A DNA stretch of 64,000 nucleotides, taken from positions 1,344,001 to 1,408,000 of the forward strand of contig CAVXKA010000001.1 in assembly GCA_963762255.1 (NCBI GenBank), given 5' to 3'. Shown piece by piece: positions 1-14,320 of this stretch. This stretch comes from Candidatus Eiseniibacteriota bacterium. GTDB taxonomy: Bacteria > Eisenbacteria > RBG-16-71-46 > JABDJR01. Position 1 is the stretch's first letter; each line of letters begins with the position of its first letter. The notes below the pieces were generated by a model. It did no database searches, had not been told where the DNA came from, and worked only from the letters and a program-made list of their open reading frames with translations. Both the position numbers and the translations under genes were made by a program.

Positions 1-681
1 CGTACACGCGGAAGAACGCAGATGTCGAGGTCGTGGCGTGGATACGTGAAGTTGTCGAGATCCCCACCGTAGGCGGCGATGCGCGACTCGGGGGCCATCA
101 CCAGTCGCACGTCGGTGTAGGTCTTGTACCGGTACACCCAGTACTGGCCTCCTCGGTAGAGTTCGACCACCTCCGACTTGAGCCCGGTCGCGCGGGTGGA
201 CTCCTCCTCGATCTGCGCGATCGCTGCGCGCCGCTGCGCGCTCTGGATCTCGTTGGCGGCGCGCACGTCAACCGCGGCGACCACGCGAGCAGTCACGTCC
301 TCCGTCGAAATGAGAACGCGCAGCTCCTGATCGGGGCAGGGGACCTCCTCCGCCCGGGTGCGGGCGTAAGAAACCGTCGCGCACGTAGTTGTTCTCGGGC
401 GTCGAGAGCTTCTGGAGTTGATCGAAGGCGACGTGGTGGTTGGTGAAGACGAGCCCGTCGGGGGAGACGAACGAGCCGGAGGCCCCGCCGAAGCGCACCG
501 CGGAATGCTGCAGATGGCGGATCCATTTCGCTGAGGGCGTGAACTGGTAGCGCTCCTCAAGCTGACGAAGCGGGAGCCGATCGAAGGTCCACATGCCCTC
601 ATCGGCGAACGCAGGCGCTACGCCGAGTAGGACGAGCCAACCGAACACCGACGCCCCGATCCAACCCCGGCCACCCTGCAT
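1..681 (-). CDS. S46 family dipeptidyl peptidase (DPP7/DPP11-like), N-terminal part; frameshift near 370, runs off window start
   Basis: Signal peptide then ADEGMW, GASGSFVSPDGLVFTNHHV. A second frame continues LYRGGQYWVYRYKTYTDVRLVMAPE...GGDLDNFTYPRHDLD, typical of S46. Confidence 0.88.
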
Positions 682-708
682 CGAACTCCCCCTCCCCGGC
701 CGACGCGC

Positions 709-1941
709 TCACCGTCTCCGTTGCTTCTTGATCACCATCTGCACGCGCTTGTTGCGCCCGCCGAACTCGGGGCCCTCCACGACGTCCTTCTTCTCCTCCG
801 GCGGGCGGAAGAGCGAAAGGATGGGCGGAGCCCCGTCCCAGGCCACGCGCGGCAGCCGTCTCCCCACCGTGCCCTCGATGCGCTCCAGCTCCATCATGTC
901 CGAGGGTGAGACGAAGGTGATCGCGTCGCCCGTAGCGTGGGCGCGGGCGGTGCGGCCGATGCGATGGATGTAATCGTCGGCGCTCGGCGGAATGTCGAAG
1001 TTGATGATGTGGGTCACGCCCTCGATGTCGAGCCCGCGCGCGGCGATGTCGGTGGCGACCAGAATCTTCGCTTCGCCGCTGCGAAACGCACTCAGCGCTT
1101 CTTCGCGCTCGCGCTGCGAACGGTTGCCGTGGATGGCGGCGACGCTGAATCCTTCCTTGCGAAGCGCCTTGGAGAGGCGCTCGGTGCGCTCGCGCGTGCG
1201 GAAGAAGATCAATGCGGACGGGATTGCCAACTCCTTCAGCACGCGGAACAGGAGCGAGATCTTGTCCTCGGGCTTCACCGGGTAGAGGAGTTGGCGGACG
1301 GTCTCCACCGGCTTCGAGATGAAGCCGACCGTCACGCGCTCGGGCTCGTGCATCATCGTGCCGGCGAGGTAGGCGATTTCGTCGGGGAAGGTGGCCGAGA
1401 ACATCAAGGTTTGCCGCTCGCGGCGCAGGTGGCGGACGATGCGCTTGATGTCGGGGAGGAAGCCCATGTCGAGCATGCGATCCGCCTCGTCCATCACGAG
1501 GATGGCCAGGTCGTCGAACTTCACGTTCGTGCGGGCCATCTGGTCGAGAAGCCGGCCGGGAGTGGCCACGACGACGTGGCGCCCTTCCTTGAGCTCGACC
1601 CGCTGCTTGTCGATGCTCACCCCGCCGTACACGGGGACCGATTTGATCCCGAGAGGCTTCCCGAACTCCTCGACCACCTCGTGGACCTGCACGGCGAGCT
1701 CCCGTGTGGGCACGAGCACCAGCATCTGGTTCTTACGAACCCGCCCTGCGGCGAGGCGCGTGATGCTGGGGAGCACGTAGGCCAGGGTCTTGCCGGTGCC
1801 GGTCTGGGCGAGACCGATGAGATCCCGTCCTTCCAGCGCGATGGGGATCGCGCGTTCCTGGATGGGGGTCGGCTCCGAGATGTTGCGTTTCGCGAGGACC
1901 TGGAGGCAGCGGGGGTCCAGCCCATATGTTTCGAATGTCAT
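709..1941 (-). CDS. DEAD-box RNA helicase (RhlE-like)
   Basis: Q motif PTPIQ, AQTGTGKT, PTRELA, DEAD, SAT, ARGLD, HRIGRTAR; ATG at 1941. Confidence 0.95.
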   Translation of the reverse strand: MTFETYGLDPRCLQVLAKRNISEPTPIQERAIPIALEGRDLIGLAQTGTGKTLAYVLPSITRLAAGRVRKNQMLVLVPTRELAVQVHEVVEEFGKPLGIKSVPVYGGVSIDKQRVELKEGRHVVVATPGRLLDQMARTNVKFDDLAILVMDEADRMLDMGFLPDIKRIVRHLRRERQTLMFSATFPDEIAYLAGTMMHEPERVTVGFISKPVETVRQLLYPVKPEDKISLLFRVLKELAIPSALIFFRTRERTERLSKALRKEGFSVAAIHGNRSQREREEALSAFRSGEAKILVATDIAARGLDIEGVTHIINFDIPPSADDYIHRIGRTARAHATGDAITFVSPSDMMELERIEGTVGRRLPRVAWDGAPPILSLFRPPEEKKDVVEGPEFGGRNKRVQMVIKKQRRR

Positions 1942-2066
1942 AGAACCCGGCAGTTTACGCGCTTCGCGAGCCGGACACAATGCGCCTCCTTACCGCGCTT
2001 CCCGGGGTTCGGTATGCGCCGCGGCGGCGCTTCCCTTGCGACCCCGCGCCCGCCATAATCCCGCCC

Positions 2067-2990
2067 ATGGCCGCCGAATCCAAGACCGCCATCATCGCCG
2101 CCATTCTCGGCAATCTCGCCATCGCGATCACGAAGTTCGTGGCCGCGGCGGTCAGCGGAAGCTCGGCCATGCTTTCCGAGGGAATCCACTCGCTCGTGGA
2201 CACGGGCAACGGGGCGCTCCTGCTCCTCGGACTGCGCATGGCCCGACGTGCGCCCGACCGACTGCACCCGTTCGGCTACGGCAAGGAGCTCTACTTCTGG
2301 AGCTTCATCGTGGCCATCATGGTCTTCGCGCTGGGCGGCGGCATGTCCATCTACGAGGGGATCAAGCACCTCGCGCACCCCAAGGAACTCACGAACCCCA
2401 CGATCAACTACATCGTGCTCGGCGCGGCCATCGTCTTCGAGGGGATCTCGTGGAGCATCGCCTACCGCGTGTTCCTCCGCGAGAAGGGGACGAAGCGGAC
2501 CTGGTCGGTGGTGCACGATACCAAGGACCCCACGACAGTCGTCGTGCTCTTCGAGGACACGGCGGCGTTGCTCGGTCTCGCGGTGGCGTTCCTCGGCGTG
2601 TTCTTCGGCCACATGCTGCACAACCCGTACCTGGACCCGGCGGCGTCGGTGGTGATCGGACTCATCCTGGCCGGCGTCGCGCTGCTGCTTGCGATCGAGA
2701 GCAAGGGGTTGCTCGTGGGCGAGAGCGCGGACCCGGATGTCCAGCGCAGCATCCAGGAGATCGCTCAGCGCCACCCGGCGGTGGAGTTGGCGCGCGAGCC
2801 GATGACCTTGCACATGGGACCCGACGACATTCTCCTCAACCTGAGCGTGCGTTTCCGGCGCGAGCTGGATGCCGAGGGCGTGGAGCGGGCGATCGACGAG
2901 ATCGAGGCGGCGGTGCGGGCGAAGCATCCGGGCATCCATCGCATCTTCATCGAGGCGAACGCGGTGGCGGGAAGGCGGGAGTCGCCGTAG
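2067..2990 (+). CDS. Cation diffusion facilitator (CDF) family transporter
   Basis: SGSSAMLSEGIHSLVD, HPFGYGKE, FEDTAA; about 6 TM helices and a C-terminal dimerisation domain. Confidence 0.93.
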   Translation: MAAESKTAIIAAILGNLAIAITKFVAAAVSGSSAMLSEGIHSLVDTGNGALLLLGLRMARRAPDRLHPFGYGKELYFWSFIVAIMVFALGGGMSIYEGIKHLAHPKELTNPTINYIVLGAAIVFEGISWSIAYRVFLREKGTKRTWSVVHDTKDPTTVVVLFEDTAALLGLAVAFLGVFFGHMLHNPYLDPAASVVIGLILAGVALLLAIESKGLLVGESADPDVQRSIQEIAQRHPAVELAREPMTLHMGPDDILLNLSVRFRRELDAEGVERAIDEIEAAVRAKHPGIHRIFIEANAVAGRRESP

Positions 2991-3129
2991 CCCCGGACGG
3001 AATGAAGGGCCTTGGATTGCCCCCACGTTCCGGGGTAGACTTTTCGCAGGGACATTCAGCACGTCCCTCTGTTGCCAAGCCATTGTGACCCCTTAGCGGC
3101 AATTACCCGTACCCGAGCCGGATGAAACC

Positions 3130-3405
3130 ATGGCAATCACGGTCCACGTCCCGGGAGCGTTGCGTTCCTACTGCGGAGGAGTCTCGCGCATCACGCTGTC
3201 TGCTCCCACCGTCCGCGCCGCCCTGGAGCAGATCGAGACGAGTCATCCCTCGCTCCACCGCAACATCTGCGATGAGACGGGCGCGGTGCGCCGACATATC
3301 AACCTGTTCGTGAACACCACCCACATCCGCGACCTCGCGGGGCTCGACACCGTCCTCTCCCCGGGGGACGAGGTCCTCGTCGTGCCCGCGGTCTCAGGAG
3401 GTTGA
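3130..3405 (+). CDS. MoaD/ThiS family ubiquitin-like protein
   Basis: 91 aa beta-grasp pattern ending GDEVLVVPAVSGG (C-terminal Gly-Gly). Confidence 0.92.
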   Translation: MAITVHVPGALRSYCGGVSRITLSAPTVRAALEQIETSHPSLHRNICDETGAVRRHINLFVNTTHIRDLAGLDTVLSPGDEVLVVPAVSGG

Positions 3406-3407
3406 GC

Positions 3408-4520
3408 ATGGCCGATCGAGTGATCCTCTCCATTGGAACCAAGAAGGGGCTTTTCATCGCGGAGGGGGCCAAGCCCCGTCGCAAGTTCACCCTCCGAGGG
3501 CCGTTCGGCGCCGGTGTTCCCGTGTACTCGACCTTGATCGACGCCCGCAGCAAGCCGAAGATCTACTCCTCGAGCTGCAACCCGTTCTTCGGGATGAAGG
3601 TCCTGCGCTCGACCGATCTCGGCAAGACCTTCAAAGAGACGAAGTCGGCCCCCGCCTTCTCCAAGGACGACGGTCGCGCCCTCGCCAACATCTGGGCGCT
3701 GGAACCGGGACCGGAAAAGCAGGAGGTGTGGGCGGGGGTCGAGCCCGCTTCGCTCTTCCGGAGCGGCGACGGGGGCGACACGTGGGAGATGGTCGACGGC
3801 ATCAGCAATCACGCGCACGCCCGGAAGTGGCAGCCGGGGGCCGGCGGGCTCTGCCTGCACACGATCCTGCGCGACGGGGACCGTGTGCACCTCGGGATCT
3901 CGACGGGCGGCCACTACCTGAGCGAGGACCGCGGGGAGACATTCGAGGCGTCCAACCGGGGAGTGGGGGCGGGCTTCTCCCCCGATCCGTATCCCGAGTT
4001 CGGCCAGTGCGTGCACAAGATCGCGGGGCACAAGGACGCCCCCGGCCGGTTCTACATGCAGAACCACGGCGGCTGGGCGGAGTGGGACGGGCCGGGCGGC
4101 CGCCGGCCCGACATCGGCGTGCTGCGCAGCGACGATCACGGGAAGTCGTGGCGCTCCATCGCCAAGGGGCTACCCTCCGATTTCGGCTTTCCCATCGTGG
4201 TCCACCCGCACGACCCGGATACCCTCTACGTGGTTCCGCTCGAGCCGATGACCCGTACCTGTCCCGGAGCCAGCCCTGCGGTCTGGCGAAGCGAGAACGG
4301 CGGAGATTCCTGGCGCAAGCTGGCGAAGGGGCTGCCGAAGAAGGAGAGCTTCTTCACCGTCCTGCGCGACGGGATGGACGTGGACGAGCTGCCGACGCCC
4401 GCGCTCTACGTAGGTACCACAACCGGGCAGCTCTGGATGGGGCGGGACGGCGGCGAGGAGTGGGCCTGTCTCTTCGACTCCCTTCCGCCGATCAACTGTG
4501 TCAAGGTGGCGGTGGTGTAG
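3408..4520 (+). CDS. BNR/Asp-box repeat beta-propeller protein (sialidase-like fold)
   Basis: Asp-boxes STDLGKTF, SGDGGDTW, SEDRGETF, SDDHGKSW, SENGGDSW; no signal peptide; starts 2 bp after the ThiS-like gene. Confidence 0.85.
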   Translation: MADRVILSIGTKKGLFIAEGAKPRRKFTLRGPFGAGVPVYSTLIDARSKPKIYSSSCNPFFGMKVLRSTDLGKTFKETKSAPAFSKDDGRALANIWALEPGPEKQEVWAGVEPASLFRSGDGGDTWEMVDGISNHAHARKWQPGAGGLCLHTILRDGDRVHLGISTGGHYLSEDRGETFEASNRGVGAGFSPDPYPEFGQCVHKIAGHKDAPGRFYMQNHGGWAEWDGPGGRRPDIGVLRSDDHGKSWRSIAKGLPSDFGFPIVVHPHDPDTLYVVPLEPMTRTCPGASPAVWRSENGGDSWRKLAKGLPKKESFFTVLRDGMDVDELPTPALYVGTTTGQLWMGRDGGEEWACLFDSLPPINCVKVAVV

Positions 4521-4612
4521 CCGGGGGGGACGTGATCGTGGTGCCTCCCGCTCAGACGGAGAAGGTCGTGCGGGACGCCGCCGAGGCCGCTCGGAAAGTT
4601 GCCGCGTAGGGA

Positions 4613-6292
<1,680 letters not shown>

Positions 6293-6350
6293 CGATTGCC
6301 TCACAATGTGAAAGAGAGCGGAGAATAATAGCGAAGAAGCGCCCGAAACG

Positions 6351-7349
6351 CTAATCGATCCAGGGCGAGGTGGGCGGCGTGAAGAGGAAGCCGAGCGCGA
6401 CTCCGGCGCCGACGCCGGCCAGCTCGTAGGCCCACGCGCGGCCTCGGCGGGCGTCCGCCGTCGGCGGACCCGCGTGCAGGAGCGTCACCGCGAGCCCCGC
6501 GCCGGCCCCGATCGCGGCGCCGGCGGCTACGTCGGTGGGGAAGTGGGCTTGCGCGTCGACACGCAAGAGCGAAGTCACGGTGGCCAAACCCCCGGCGAGC
6601 GCTCCGTTGAGGAAGTGAACGCGGGGAGGAAGATCCGGCCGGCGCGCGGCAAGGACACCCACCGCGGTCATGGACGACGCCCATGCGATCGCCGTGTGGC
6701 CGGAAGGAAACGATGCGAACGCGTCTCCGGCGGCGGTGTCATAGAAAGAGTCATGCGGCAGGTCGCCCCGCGCAGCGTAGGTGAAGGGCCTTGGCCGCGA
6801 CGTCAGATCCTTGAGAACCAGCGTGATCCCCGTGGCAACGAGTACGGCCTCGGCCTGAGCGCGCAGGGTGATCTCTTCGGCAAGCACGAGACGATCGGGG
6901 CCGCGCGTTGATGCCGTCATCGCGGCGGGGTAGAGCACCGCGCCGGCCCGGAAGAGACCGCTAACGGTGTCCGCACCGCGAGAGGGCCGGCCGAGGGCGC
7001 GCCGGTCGAGTCCCCAGTGGATATCCCGGCGCGACAGTCCTTCGTCCGGCACTGCCCGCATGTCGGGAGAGAGAAGGAGTCCGGCGACGGTGAGCGCTCC
7101 GCCCGCCCCGGTCACGACCGCGTCGCGGGCGGAGAGCCGTAGCCGTGAGTCCCGGGCCGGCGTCGCGGGTGCGTTGGCCGGCAGCAAGTCCTCGACGGGG
7201 GCGGGCGCAGGATCCTCGGCGGCCTGGACCCGGTCCGAGCATGTCCCAAGGATGAGAGCGACGGCCAGCGTGTATCTGAGAGCGATGCGTTGTCGGCACC
7301 CCGTGGGGCGTTGTCGGAAAGGCCTCAAGGCTTGCCTCCTGGAAGTCAA
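6351..7349 (-). CDS. PAP2 family phosphatase (start uncertain)
   Basis: [29 protein letters not shown] match the three PAP2 motifs. Confidence 0.85.
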   Translation of the reverse strand: MTSRRQALRPFRQRPTGCRQRIALRYTLAVALILGTCSDRVQAAEDPAPAPVEDLLPANAPATPARDSRLRLSARDAVVTGAGGALTVAGLLLSPDMRAVPDEGLSRRDIHWGLDRRALGRPSRGADTVSGLFRAGAVLYPAAMTASTRGPDRLVLAEEITLRAQAEAVLVATGITLVLKDLTSRPRPFTYAARGDLPHDSFYDTAAGDAFASFPSGHTAIAWASSMTAVGVLAARRPDLPPRVHFLNGALAGGLATVTSLLRVDAQAHFPTDVAAGAAIGAGAGLAVTLLHAGPPTADARRGRAWAYELAGVGAGVALGFLFTPPTSPWID

Positions 7350-7452
7350 CCGAGAGGCCTATGATATCCGACGACGAGACGACCCGCGCCCGGACATTCC
7401 GATCCGGGCCCCGGCGCAGTCGATTGAATGTCCACGAAGGAGGACTTGAATC

Positions 7453-8184
7453 ATGTTCCGCCGACTGATTCTCTTGAGTGCGTTCAGCGTCCTGGCCGCG
7501 GTTCTGCTCACGTGTCCGCGTACATTTGCTCAGTCCCCAAAGGAGATCGAGAGCGAGCAGGAGTTCAAGCCCGAGCTGCAGCAGTTCCCCGATGACCCCG
7601 GCGCCGGATTCGTGGTGGTGGATGAGGGCCTGTGGCAGGCGCTCTCCGAGCAGCCACAACAGGAGTTCGAGGGAGCAATCCAGTCGTTGGCCAAGGGCGA
7701 CACCAAGGGAGCGGCCAACAACATCCGCAAGGCGGCGGCGTTCACACGGCTTGCCGGAGGACATAGCCTTCCCGCCACGCAACGGCTCCTCTATGACCAG
7801 CTCAAGGATCTCATGAACCTCGCTGGCGCCGTGCAGTCCGGCACGGCGACGACCCGCGACCAGCTTGCCCCGACGTTCGCCCGCACCTTGGAGGCTCTGG
7901 CCGAACATCACGCGGCGCGCGCGGAAAAGTTCTGGGCGTCGGGCAAGGGCCAGCCGACGGGGAAGAACCTGGCCGCTGCTGTTCAAGACTTTCGCTGGGC
8001 ACAGGCATGGGGTAGCGTACCCTCCACCGCCAGCCGTGACGCCTTGTTGAGCGATGCGGAGACGGTCGGCTTTCAGCTCGACCAGAAGAAGAGCCTCGAA
8101 GGGCCTGACGTCACATCCAAGATCGTCCACCTCGTCACCGAGCTTGAAATGTACCGCGCGGAGCTGAGCCCTCCCGCCAAGTAG
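7453..8184 (+). CDS. Secreted alpha-helical hypothetical protein (weakly YfdX-like)
   Basis: GGAGG RBS, signal peptide (..TFA|Q), Ala-rich helical body. Confidence 0.6.
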   Translation: MFRRLILLSAFSVLAAVLLTCPRTFAQSPKEIESEQEFKPELQQFPDDPGAGFVVVDEGLWQALSEQPQQEFEGAIQSLAKGDTKGAANNIRKAAAFTRLAGGHSLPATQRLLYDQLKDLMNLAGAVQSGTATTRDQLAPTFARTLEALAEHHAARAEKFWASGKGQPTGKNLAAAVQDFRWAQAWGSVPSTASRDALLSDAETVGFQLDQKKSLEGPDVTSKIVHLVTELEMYRAELSPPAK

Positions 8185-8211
8185 AATTGCCCGCGAAGGG
8201 AGGAATTCGAA

Positions 8212-9585
<1,374 letters not shown>

Positions 9586-9604
9586 GCCCTCCTGAAGAAT
9601 CCCC

Positions 9605-9644
9605 TTGCCTCCGCGCAACATCAAAATGATATCATTCGTATATC
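9605..9644 (+). promoter_or_regulatory. AT-rich promoter region with perfect palindrome AATGATATCATT (9625-9636), probable operator
   Basis: TTGCCT at 9605 and a 12-bp palindrome over the -10 zone, upstream of the SPFH-RHH operon. Confidence 0.55.
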
Positions 9645-9690
9645 AGCGGCAATGGCGGGGGAAGGTCCTCGCCCTCACAGGAGGAAGTCG

Positions 9691-10551
9691 ATGATTCAGG
9701 AACGCGAAGGCAACCAGATCCCAGGCTACGGTCCGCTCTTCCTGGGGCTCGCGGTCATGGCGGGCTCCATCTTCATGTTCATCCAGGCGGTGGACGCGGG
9801 GCTCTTCCCGATCCTCGGAGCGATTCTCGTGTTCGTGATCGCGTTCATTTTTCTGACCGGGCTCTTCGTGGTGAACCCCAACGAAGCGAAGGTGCTTCAG
9901 ATCTTCGGCGACTATGCCGGCACCGCGAACAAGGCCGGGTTGCGATGGGCGAACCCGTTCTATACGAAGCGCAAGGTCTCGGTGCGCGTCCGCAACTTCG
10001 AGACCGGCAAGCTCAAGGTGAACGACAACGCCGCCAACCCGATCGAGATCGGTTGCGTGGTGGTGTGGCGGGTGATGGACACCGCCGAGGCGCTCTTCAA
10101 CGTGAACGACTTCGAGGATTTCGTGCACGTGCAGAGCGAGGCCGCGCTGCGCAACCTCGCTACCGGATATCCCTACGTGTCCCATGAGGGCGAGATGTCG
10201 CTCTCGGGGAACACCGCCGAGGTCTCGGTGCGGCTGCGCGAAGAGATCCACGAGCGGCTGGCCAAGGCCGGGGTGGAGGTGCTCGAGGCGCGCATCAGCC
10301 ACCTGGCCTATGCGCAGGAGATCGCCGCGGCCATGCTGCAGCGGCAGCAGGCGGCGGCGGTGGTGGCGGCACGGCAGAAGATCGTCGAGGGCGCGGTGGG
10401 TATGGTGGAGACCGCGCTGGAGATGCTCTCGCAGAAGAACGTGATCCATCTCGACGAGGAGCGCAAGGCGGTCATGGTCTCGAACCTGTTGGTCGTGCTC
10501 TGCAGCGACCGTCACACGCAACCCGTGGTGAACACGGGGAGCTTGTACTAG
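9691..10551 (+). CDS. SPFH/Band 7 domain membrane protein
   Basis: Two N-terminal TMs, [48 protein letters not shown]. Confidence 0.93.
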   Translation: MIQEREGNQIPGYGPLFLGLAVMAGSIFMFIQAVDAGLFPILGAILVFVIAFIFLTGLFVVNPNEAKVLQIFGDYAGTANKAGLRWANPFYTKRKVSVRVRNFETGKLKVNDNAANPIEIGCVVVWRVMDTAEALFNVNDFEDFVHVQSEAALRNLATGYPYVSHEGEMSLSGNTAEVSVRLREEIHERLAKAGVEVLEARISHLAYAQEIAAAMLQRQQAAAVVAARQKIVEGAVGMVETALEMLSQKNVIHLDEERKAVMVSNLLVVLCSDRHTQPVVNTGSLY

Positions 10552-10560
10552 AAGGCGATC

Positions 10561-10785
10561 GTGTCCGAGCGCAAGAACTTCCCGCTCCGCATCGATCCCG
10601 AGCTCTACGCGGCGCTACGCCGCTGGGCCGATGACGAGCTGCGAAGCGTCAACGCGCAGATCGAGTTCCTTCTTACCCGCTCGCTGCGGGAAGCGGGGCG
10701 AGCGCCTCGCACGCACGATTCCCGCAGCGCACCGGGGAAGGAGCCGGAGACGCCCGGTCGGGGCGGCCCGTCCGTGGCGGGCTAG
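10561..10785 (+). CDS. Arc/ribbon-helix-helix DNA-binding protein
   Basis: [35 protein letters not shown]. Confidence 0.85.
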   Translation: MSERKNFPLRIDPELYAALRRWADDELRSVNAQIEFLLTRSLREAGRAPRTHDSRSAPGKEPETPGRGGPSVAG

Positions 10786-10874
10786 AACGACCTGGTGACG
10801 ATGGGGAGCGCAGCCTCGCCCCGCTTGCCGACAATGCTCTATCATCGTGCCTCATCCCGCGAAAGGGGCATGGC

Positions 10875-13118
10875 ATGAGCACGGTGAGCACCCAGACCTC
10901 CGCAGCACCCATCCTGCAACGGCTTCCGGGGGACGCGGTCCGCCGGATCATGTGGCGGTACACCGACCGGCCGGACCTGGAGCAGTTGGTGCGCTCGGCG
11001 CGCGAGGTGGCTCGCGGCCCGGTGGCACGGCTCGTCGCCGAGGGCGGCCGGCACTCGAACGCATGGGACGAGAAGAAGGCCGCGCTCCTCACAGCGTTCG
11101 ACGCAGCTGGGATCACGTCGATCTCCATCGATCCCCCGAACGGAGGACGCTTCGACGGCCTCAGGAATCTTGCGCTGGGGCTGGCCGCGTTCGAGCTGGC
11201 GTGGGTGGACGGCGGCGCCGCCACCACGTGTCTGGCCGGGCATCTCGCGCTGGCGCCGCTTCAGGAGAAAGGAACGCCCGAGCAGGTCGCGACCACCATG
11301 GCCCGGTGCGCGCCGCCGCTGCCGGGTGAGAAGCGCGTTCCCTGGCGCGGTGCGTTCTGCCTCACCGAGCCGCTCCCGTACGTCGGCGTCGACACCGGCA
11401 TCCTCTCTGGCAAGGTGAAGGTGGCGCGTTGGGAAAAGGGCGAGGAGCCGGTGCTGCACGTGGAGAAACGCGGCCGCTTCATCACCAACATGGATTTTGC
11501 CAACTTCGTCGTGGCGGCGGTGGAATCCGCGGACCCGCGGCTCTCCGGAAGCTGCATGGTGCTGCTGGAGGAAGGTGATCCCGGTGTCTTCGATCGCGGC
11601 GCGCCCACCCGCAAGCTCGTGCACCAACTCTCCTCCAACCGCGATCCGGTGTTCAGCCTGGACGTGCCGGCGAGCCGCATCGTGGGAGGATACGCGATCG
11701 AGAGCGGCACGATCGTTCCGCGCTACAACCACCGCGAGGTCATCGAGTCCGTGTTCCGGCGGACGCGGGTCACGGTCGGGCTCTTGACCGCGTCGAAGCT
11801 CCTCTCCTCCGTCGAGCCGTTGATCCGCTACCAGCGCGAGCGCTTCCGCGGCGGAGAGCGCGGCGCGCCGGGTTCGCCGAGGCAGGATCTGGGCTTGCAG
11901 ACCAAGGAAGACGTGCTGCACCGGCTCGTCGACGTGTGGGCGACGGGTGAGGCGAGCGCCTCGGTGGGCTTTGCCGCGGCGCGCTTCTTCGATGGATTCG
12001 ACGACATGGAGCAGCGCCGCGAGGAGATCTTTGCCGAGGCCGGACTGAAGCCCGACCGCGCGCGCCCGCGCGATCTTGCTCCCCATCGCAAGCTCGCCGT
12101 GGAGTACGTGCGGCAGGCGGGACGCGGGCAGCGCGAGCGCAACCAGGCCCGATTCGACGAGCTGGATCGCAATCGACTCGTGCGTTTTCTGGTAGAGGAC
12201 GCGCTCGCCGAGGTGATCTGCCCGGCGGTGAAGCTCTGGAACACCGGGCAGGGGACGAACATGATGCGCGAGGCGGTGGGCCTCATCGGCGGCTACGGCA
12301 TCACCGAGGATTGCCCCGGGTTTCTCGGCCAGAAGTGGATGGACGCGCAGTTCGAGGCGACCTACGAGGGGCCCGAAGCGGTGCAGCGGCGGTTGCTCGC
12401 CGCGGCCATGACCAACCCCGTTTTCCTCGCGATACTGGACAACTGGATCGACGAGATGCGCTCTATTGGTGCGCGCCGTCCCGGCACCGGCGCCTGCACG
12501 CTGGCCACGGCCATGGAACTCTGGCGCTGGTCGTTGCGCTATCTGCTGCGCGCGCGCGATGCCGAGGGGAAGCCCCTCTATCGCGGGGAACGTCAAGGCG
12601 TCACCTTTCCCATGGCCGACGCGCTGGCGTGGCTCCTCGCTTCGCGGTCGCAGATCCTCGATCTGCTCGAGTTGGAAGAGAAGGGCGCGGACGACGCGGA
12701 GCTGGCCGGTGAGTACGCCGGTCTCGTCGCGTTCACCACCGATCTCTGTCACGTGCAAGCGGCGCGGGCGGCGGGGGAGACTTCGCGGCTCTGCACCGAA
12801 CTCGTGTTCGGATACAACCGGCATCCAGCCTGGGATTGCGAAGGAGCTGGATGCTACCGCGCGGAGGAAGTGGAGGCGCTCGAAGGGGTCATGCCCGGGT
12901 TCGCGGCGTACGCACCGGAGATGGCCGACGTCATCGCCGTCGACGGATCGCATGCGATGAAGGCCGGGCCGTGCGTGAAGTTCCGCGGTATGGAGGCGTT
13001 CACGCGATTGCGCGGGAAACTCGATGGGTGCCTCACCGGCGCGCGGCTGGCCAAGGACCGCGCGGCGCACGCGCTGACCGAGGTCGCGATTCCGGAAGCG
13101 TTGGACTACCCGGCCTGA
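10875..13118 (+). CDS. Acyl-CoA dehydrogenase family protein (long form)
   Basis: [33 protein letters not shown]. Confidence 0.88.
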   Translation: MSTVSTQTSAAPILQRLPGDAVRRIMWRYTDRPDLEQLVRSAREVARGPVARLVAEGGRHSNAWDEKKAALLTAFDAAGITSISIDPPNGGRFDGLRNLALGLAAFELAWVDGGAATTCLAGHLALAPLQEKGTPEQVATTMARCAPPLPGEKRVPWRGAFCLTEPLPYVGVDTGILSGKVKVARWEKGEEPVLHVEKRGRFITNMDFANFVVAAVESADPRLSGSCMVLLEEGDPGVFDRGAPTRKLVHQLSSNRDPVFSLDVPASRIVGGYAIESGTIVPRYNHREVIESVFRRTRVTVGLLTASKLLSSVEPLIRYQRERFRGGERGAPGSPRQDLGLQTKEDVLHRLVDVWATGEASASVGFAAARFFDGFDDMEQRREEIFAEAGLKPDRARPRDLAPHRKLAVEYVRQAGRGQRERNQARFDELDRNRLVRFLVEDALAEVICPAVKLWNTGQGTNMMREAVGLIGGYGITEDCPGFLGQKWMDAQFEATYEGPEAVQRRLLAAAMTNPVFLAILDNWIDEMRSIGARRPGTGACTLATAMELWRWSLRYLLRARDAEGKPLYRGERQGVTFPMADALAWLLASRSQILDLLELEEKGADDAELAGEYAGLVAFTTDLCHVQAARAAGETSRLCTELVFGYNRHPAWDCEGAGCYRAEEVEALEGVMPGFAAYAPEMADVIAVDGSHAMKAGPCVKFRGMEAFTRLRGKLDGCLTGARLAKDRAAHALTEVAIPEALDYPA

Positions 13119-13246
13119 GCCGCGGGCGGCTGGCGGCTCCATCGCGCCGGAGCGCGCCTTCGGCCCCGGACGGGTCCCGGCCGTACCTGCTAAAGTACTC
13201 GGCCGCGGGAAAGCGCCTCCCGCGCATTGGAAAGGAGACCACGCGC

Positions 13247-14314
13247 ATGGCATTGAATATCGAGAAGCTCCTCGGTGCGGAGGCGAAACCCCTCCTGACC
13301 CACAAGTGCAAGACGATTCCCAAGGAGTCGCTGCACCTTCCCGGTCCCGACTTCGTCGACCGGGTGTTCGCTCTCTCCGACCGGCCGACGCCGGTCTTGA
13401 AGAGCCTGCAGACTCTCTACGATCACGGCCGTCTGGGCGGCACCGGCTATCTCTCGATCCTGCCCGTCGACCAGGGCATCGAGCACTCCGCCGGCGCCTC
13501 GTTCGCGCCCAACCCGATCTACTTCGATCCCGAGAACATCGTGAAGCTAGCGCTCGAGGGCGGGGCGAACGCGGTGGCCTCGACGTTGGGTGTGCTCGGC
13601 TCGGTGGCGCGCAAGTACGCGCACCGGATCCCCTTCATCCTCAAGATCAACCACAACGAGTTCCTCTCCTATCCCAACACGTATGACCAGTCGCTCTTCG
13701 CCAGCGTCGAGCAGGCGTTCGACATGGGCGCGGTGGCGGTGGGAGCGACCGTATACTTCGGATCGGAGGAGTCGCGCCGGCAGATCCTTGAGATCAGCGA
13801 GACGTTCGAGCGCGCCCACGAGCTGGGCATGGCCACCATCCTCTGGTGCTACCTGCGCAACAACGCGTTCAAGACCAAGGAGAAGGACTACCACGTCTCC
13901 GCGGATCTCACCGGCCAGGCCAATCACCTCGGTGTGACCATCCAGGCCGACATCATCAAGCAGAAGCTCCCCGAGAACAACGGCGGGTACAAGGTGCTCA
14001 ACACCAAAGAGAACCCGTACGGCAAGACCGACAAGCGGATCTACGAGACGCTCACCTCCGACCACCCCATCGATCTCACCCGCTACCAGGTGGCCAACTG
14101 CTATATGGGGCGCGCGGGGCTGATCAACTCCGGCGGCGCCTCCGGAGCGAACGACCTCGCCGACGCGGTCAAGACCGCGATCATCAACAAACGCGCAGGC
14201 GGCATGGGACTCATCTCAGGCCGCAAGGCGTTCCAGAAGCCGATGAAGGACGGAGTCGCGCTCCTGAACGCGATCCAGGATGTCTACTTGTCGAAGACGG
14301 TGACTGTGGCGTAG
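13247..14314 (+). CDS. fbaB: Class I fructose-bisphosphate aldolase
   Basis: AAGGAG RBS; [47 protein letters not shown]. Confidence 0.95.
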   Translation: MALNIEKLLGAEAKPLLTHKCKTIPKESLHLPGPDFVDRVFALSDRPTPVLKSLQTLYDHGRLGGTGYLSILPVDQGIEHSAGASFAPNPIYFDPENIVKLALEGGANAVASTLGVLGSVARKYAHRIPFILKINHNEFLSYPNTYDQSLFASVEQAFDMGAVAVGATVYFGSEESRRQILEISETFERAHELGMATILWCYLRNNAFKTKEKDYHVSADLTGQANHLGVTIQADIIKQKLPENNGGYKVLNTKENPYGKTDKRIYETLTSDHPIDLTRYQVANCYMGRAGLINSGGASGANDLADAVKTAIINKRAGGMGLISGRKAFQKPMKDGVALLNAIQDVYLSKTVTVA

Positions 14315-14320
14315 AGCCGT

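Noticed and set aside
10842-13253. Long antisense ORFs (803 aa here; also 53879-55711, 33172-34824, 30432-31946, 17071-18645)
   Set aside because: Shadow ORFs opposite well-supported genes, expected at high GC3; no recognisable motifs.
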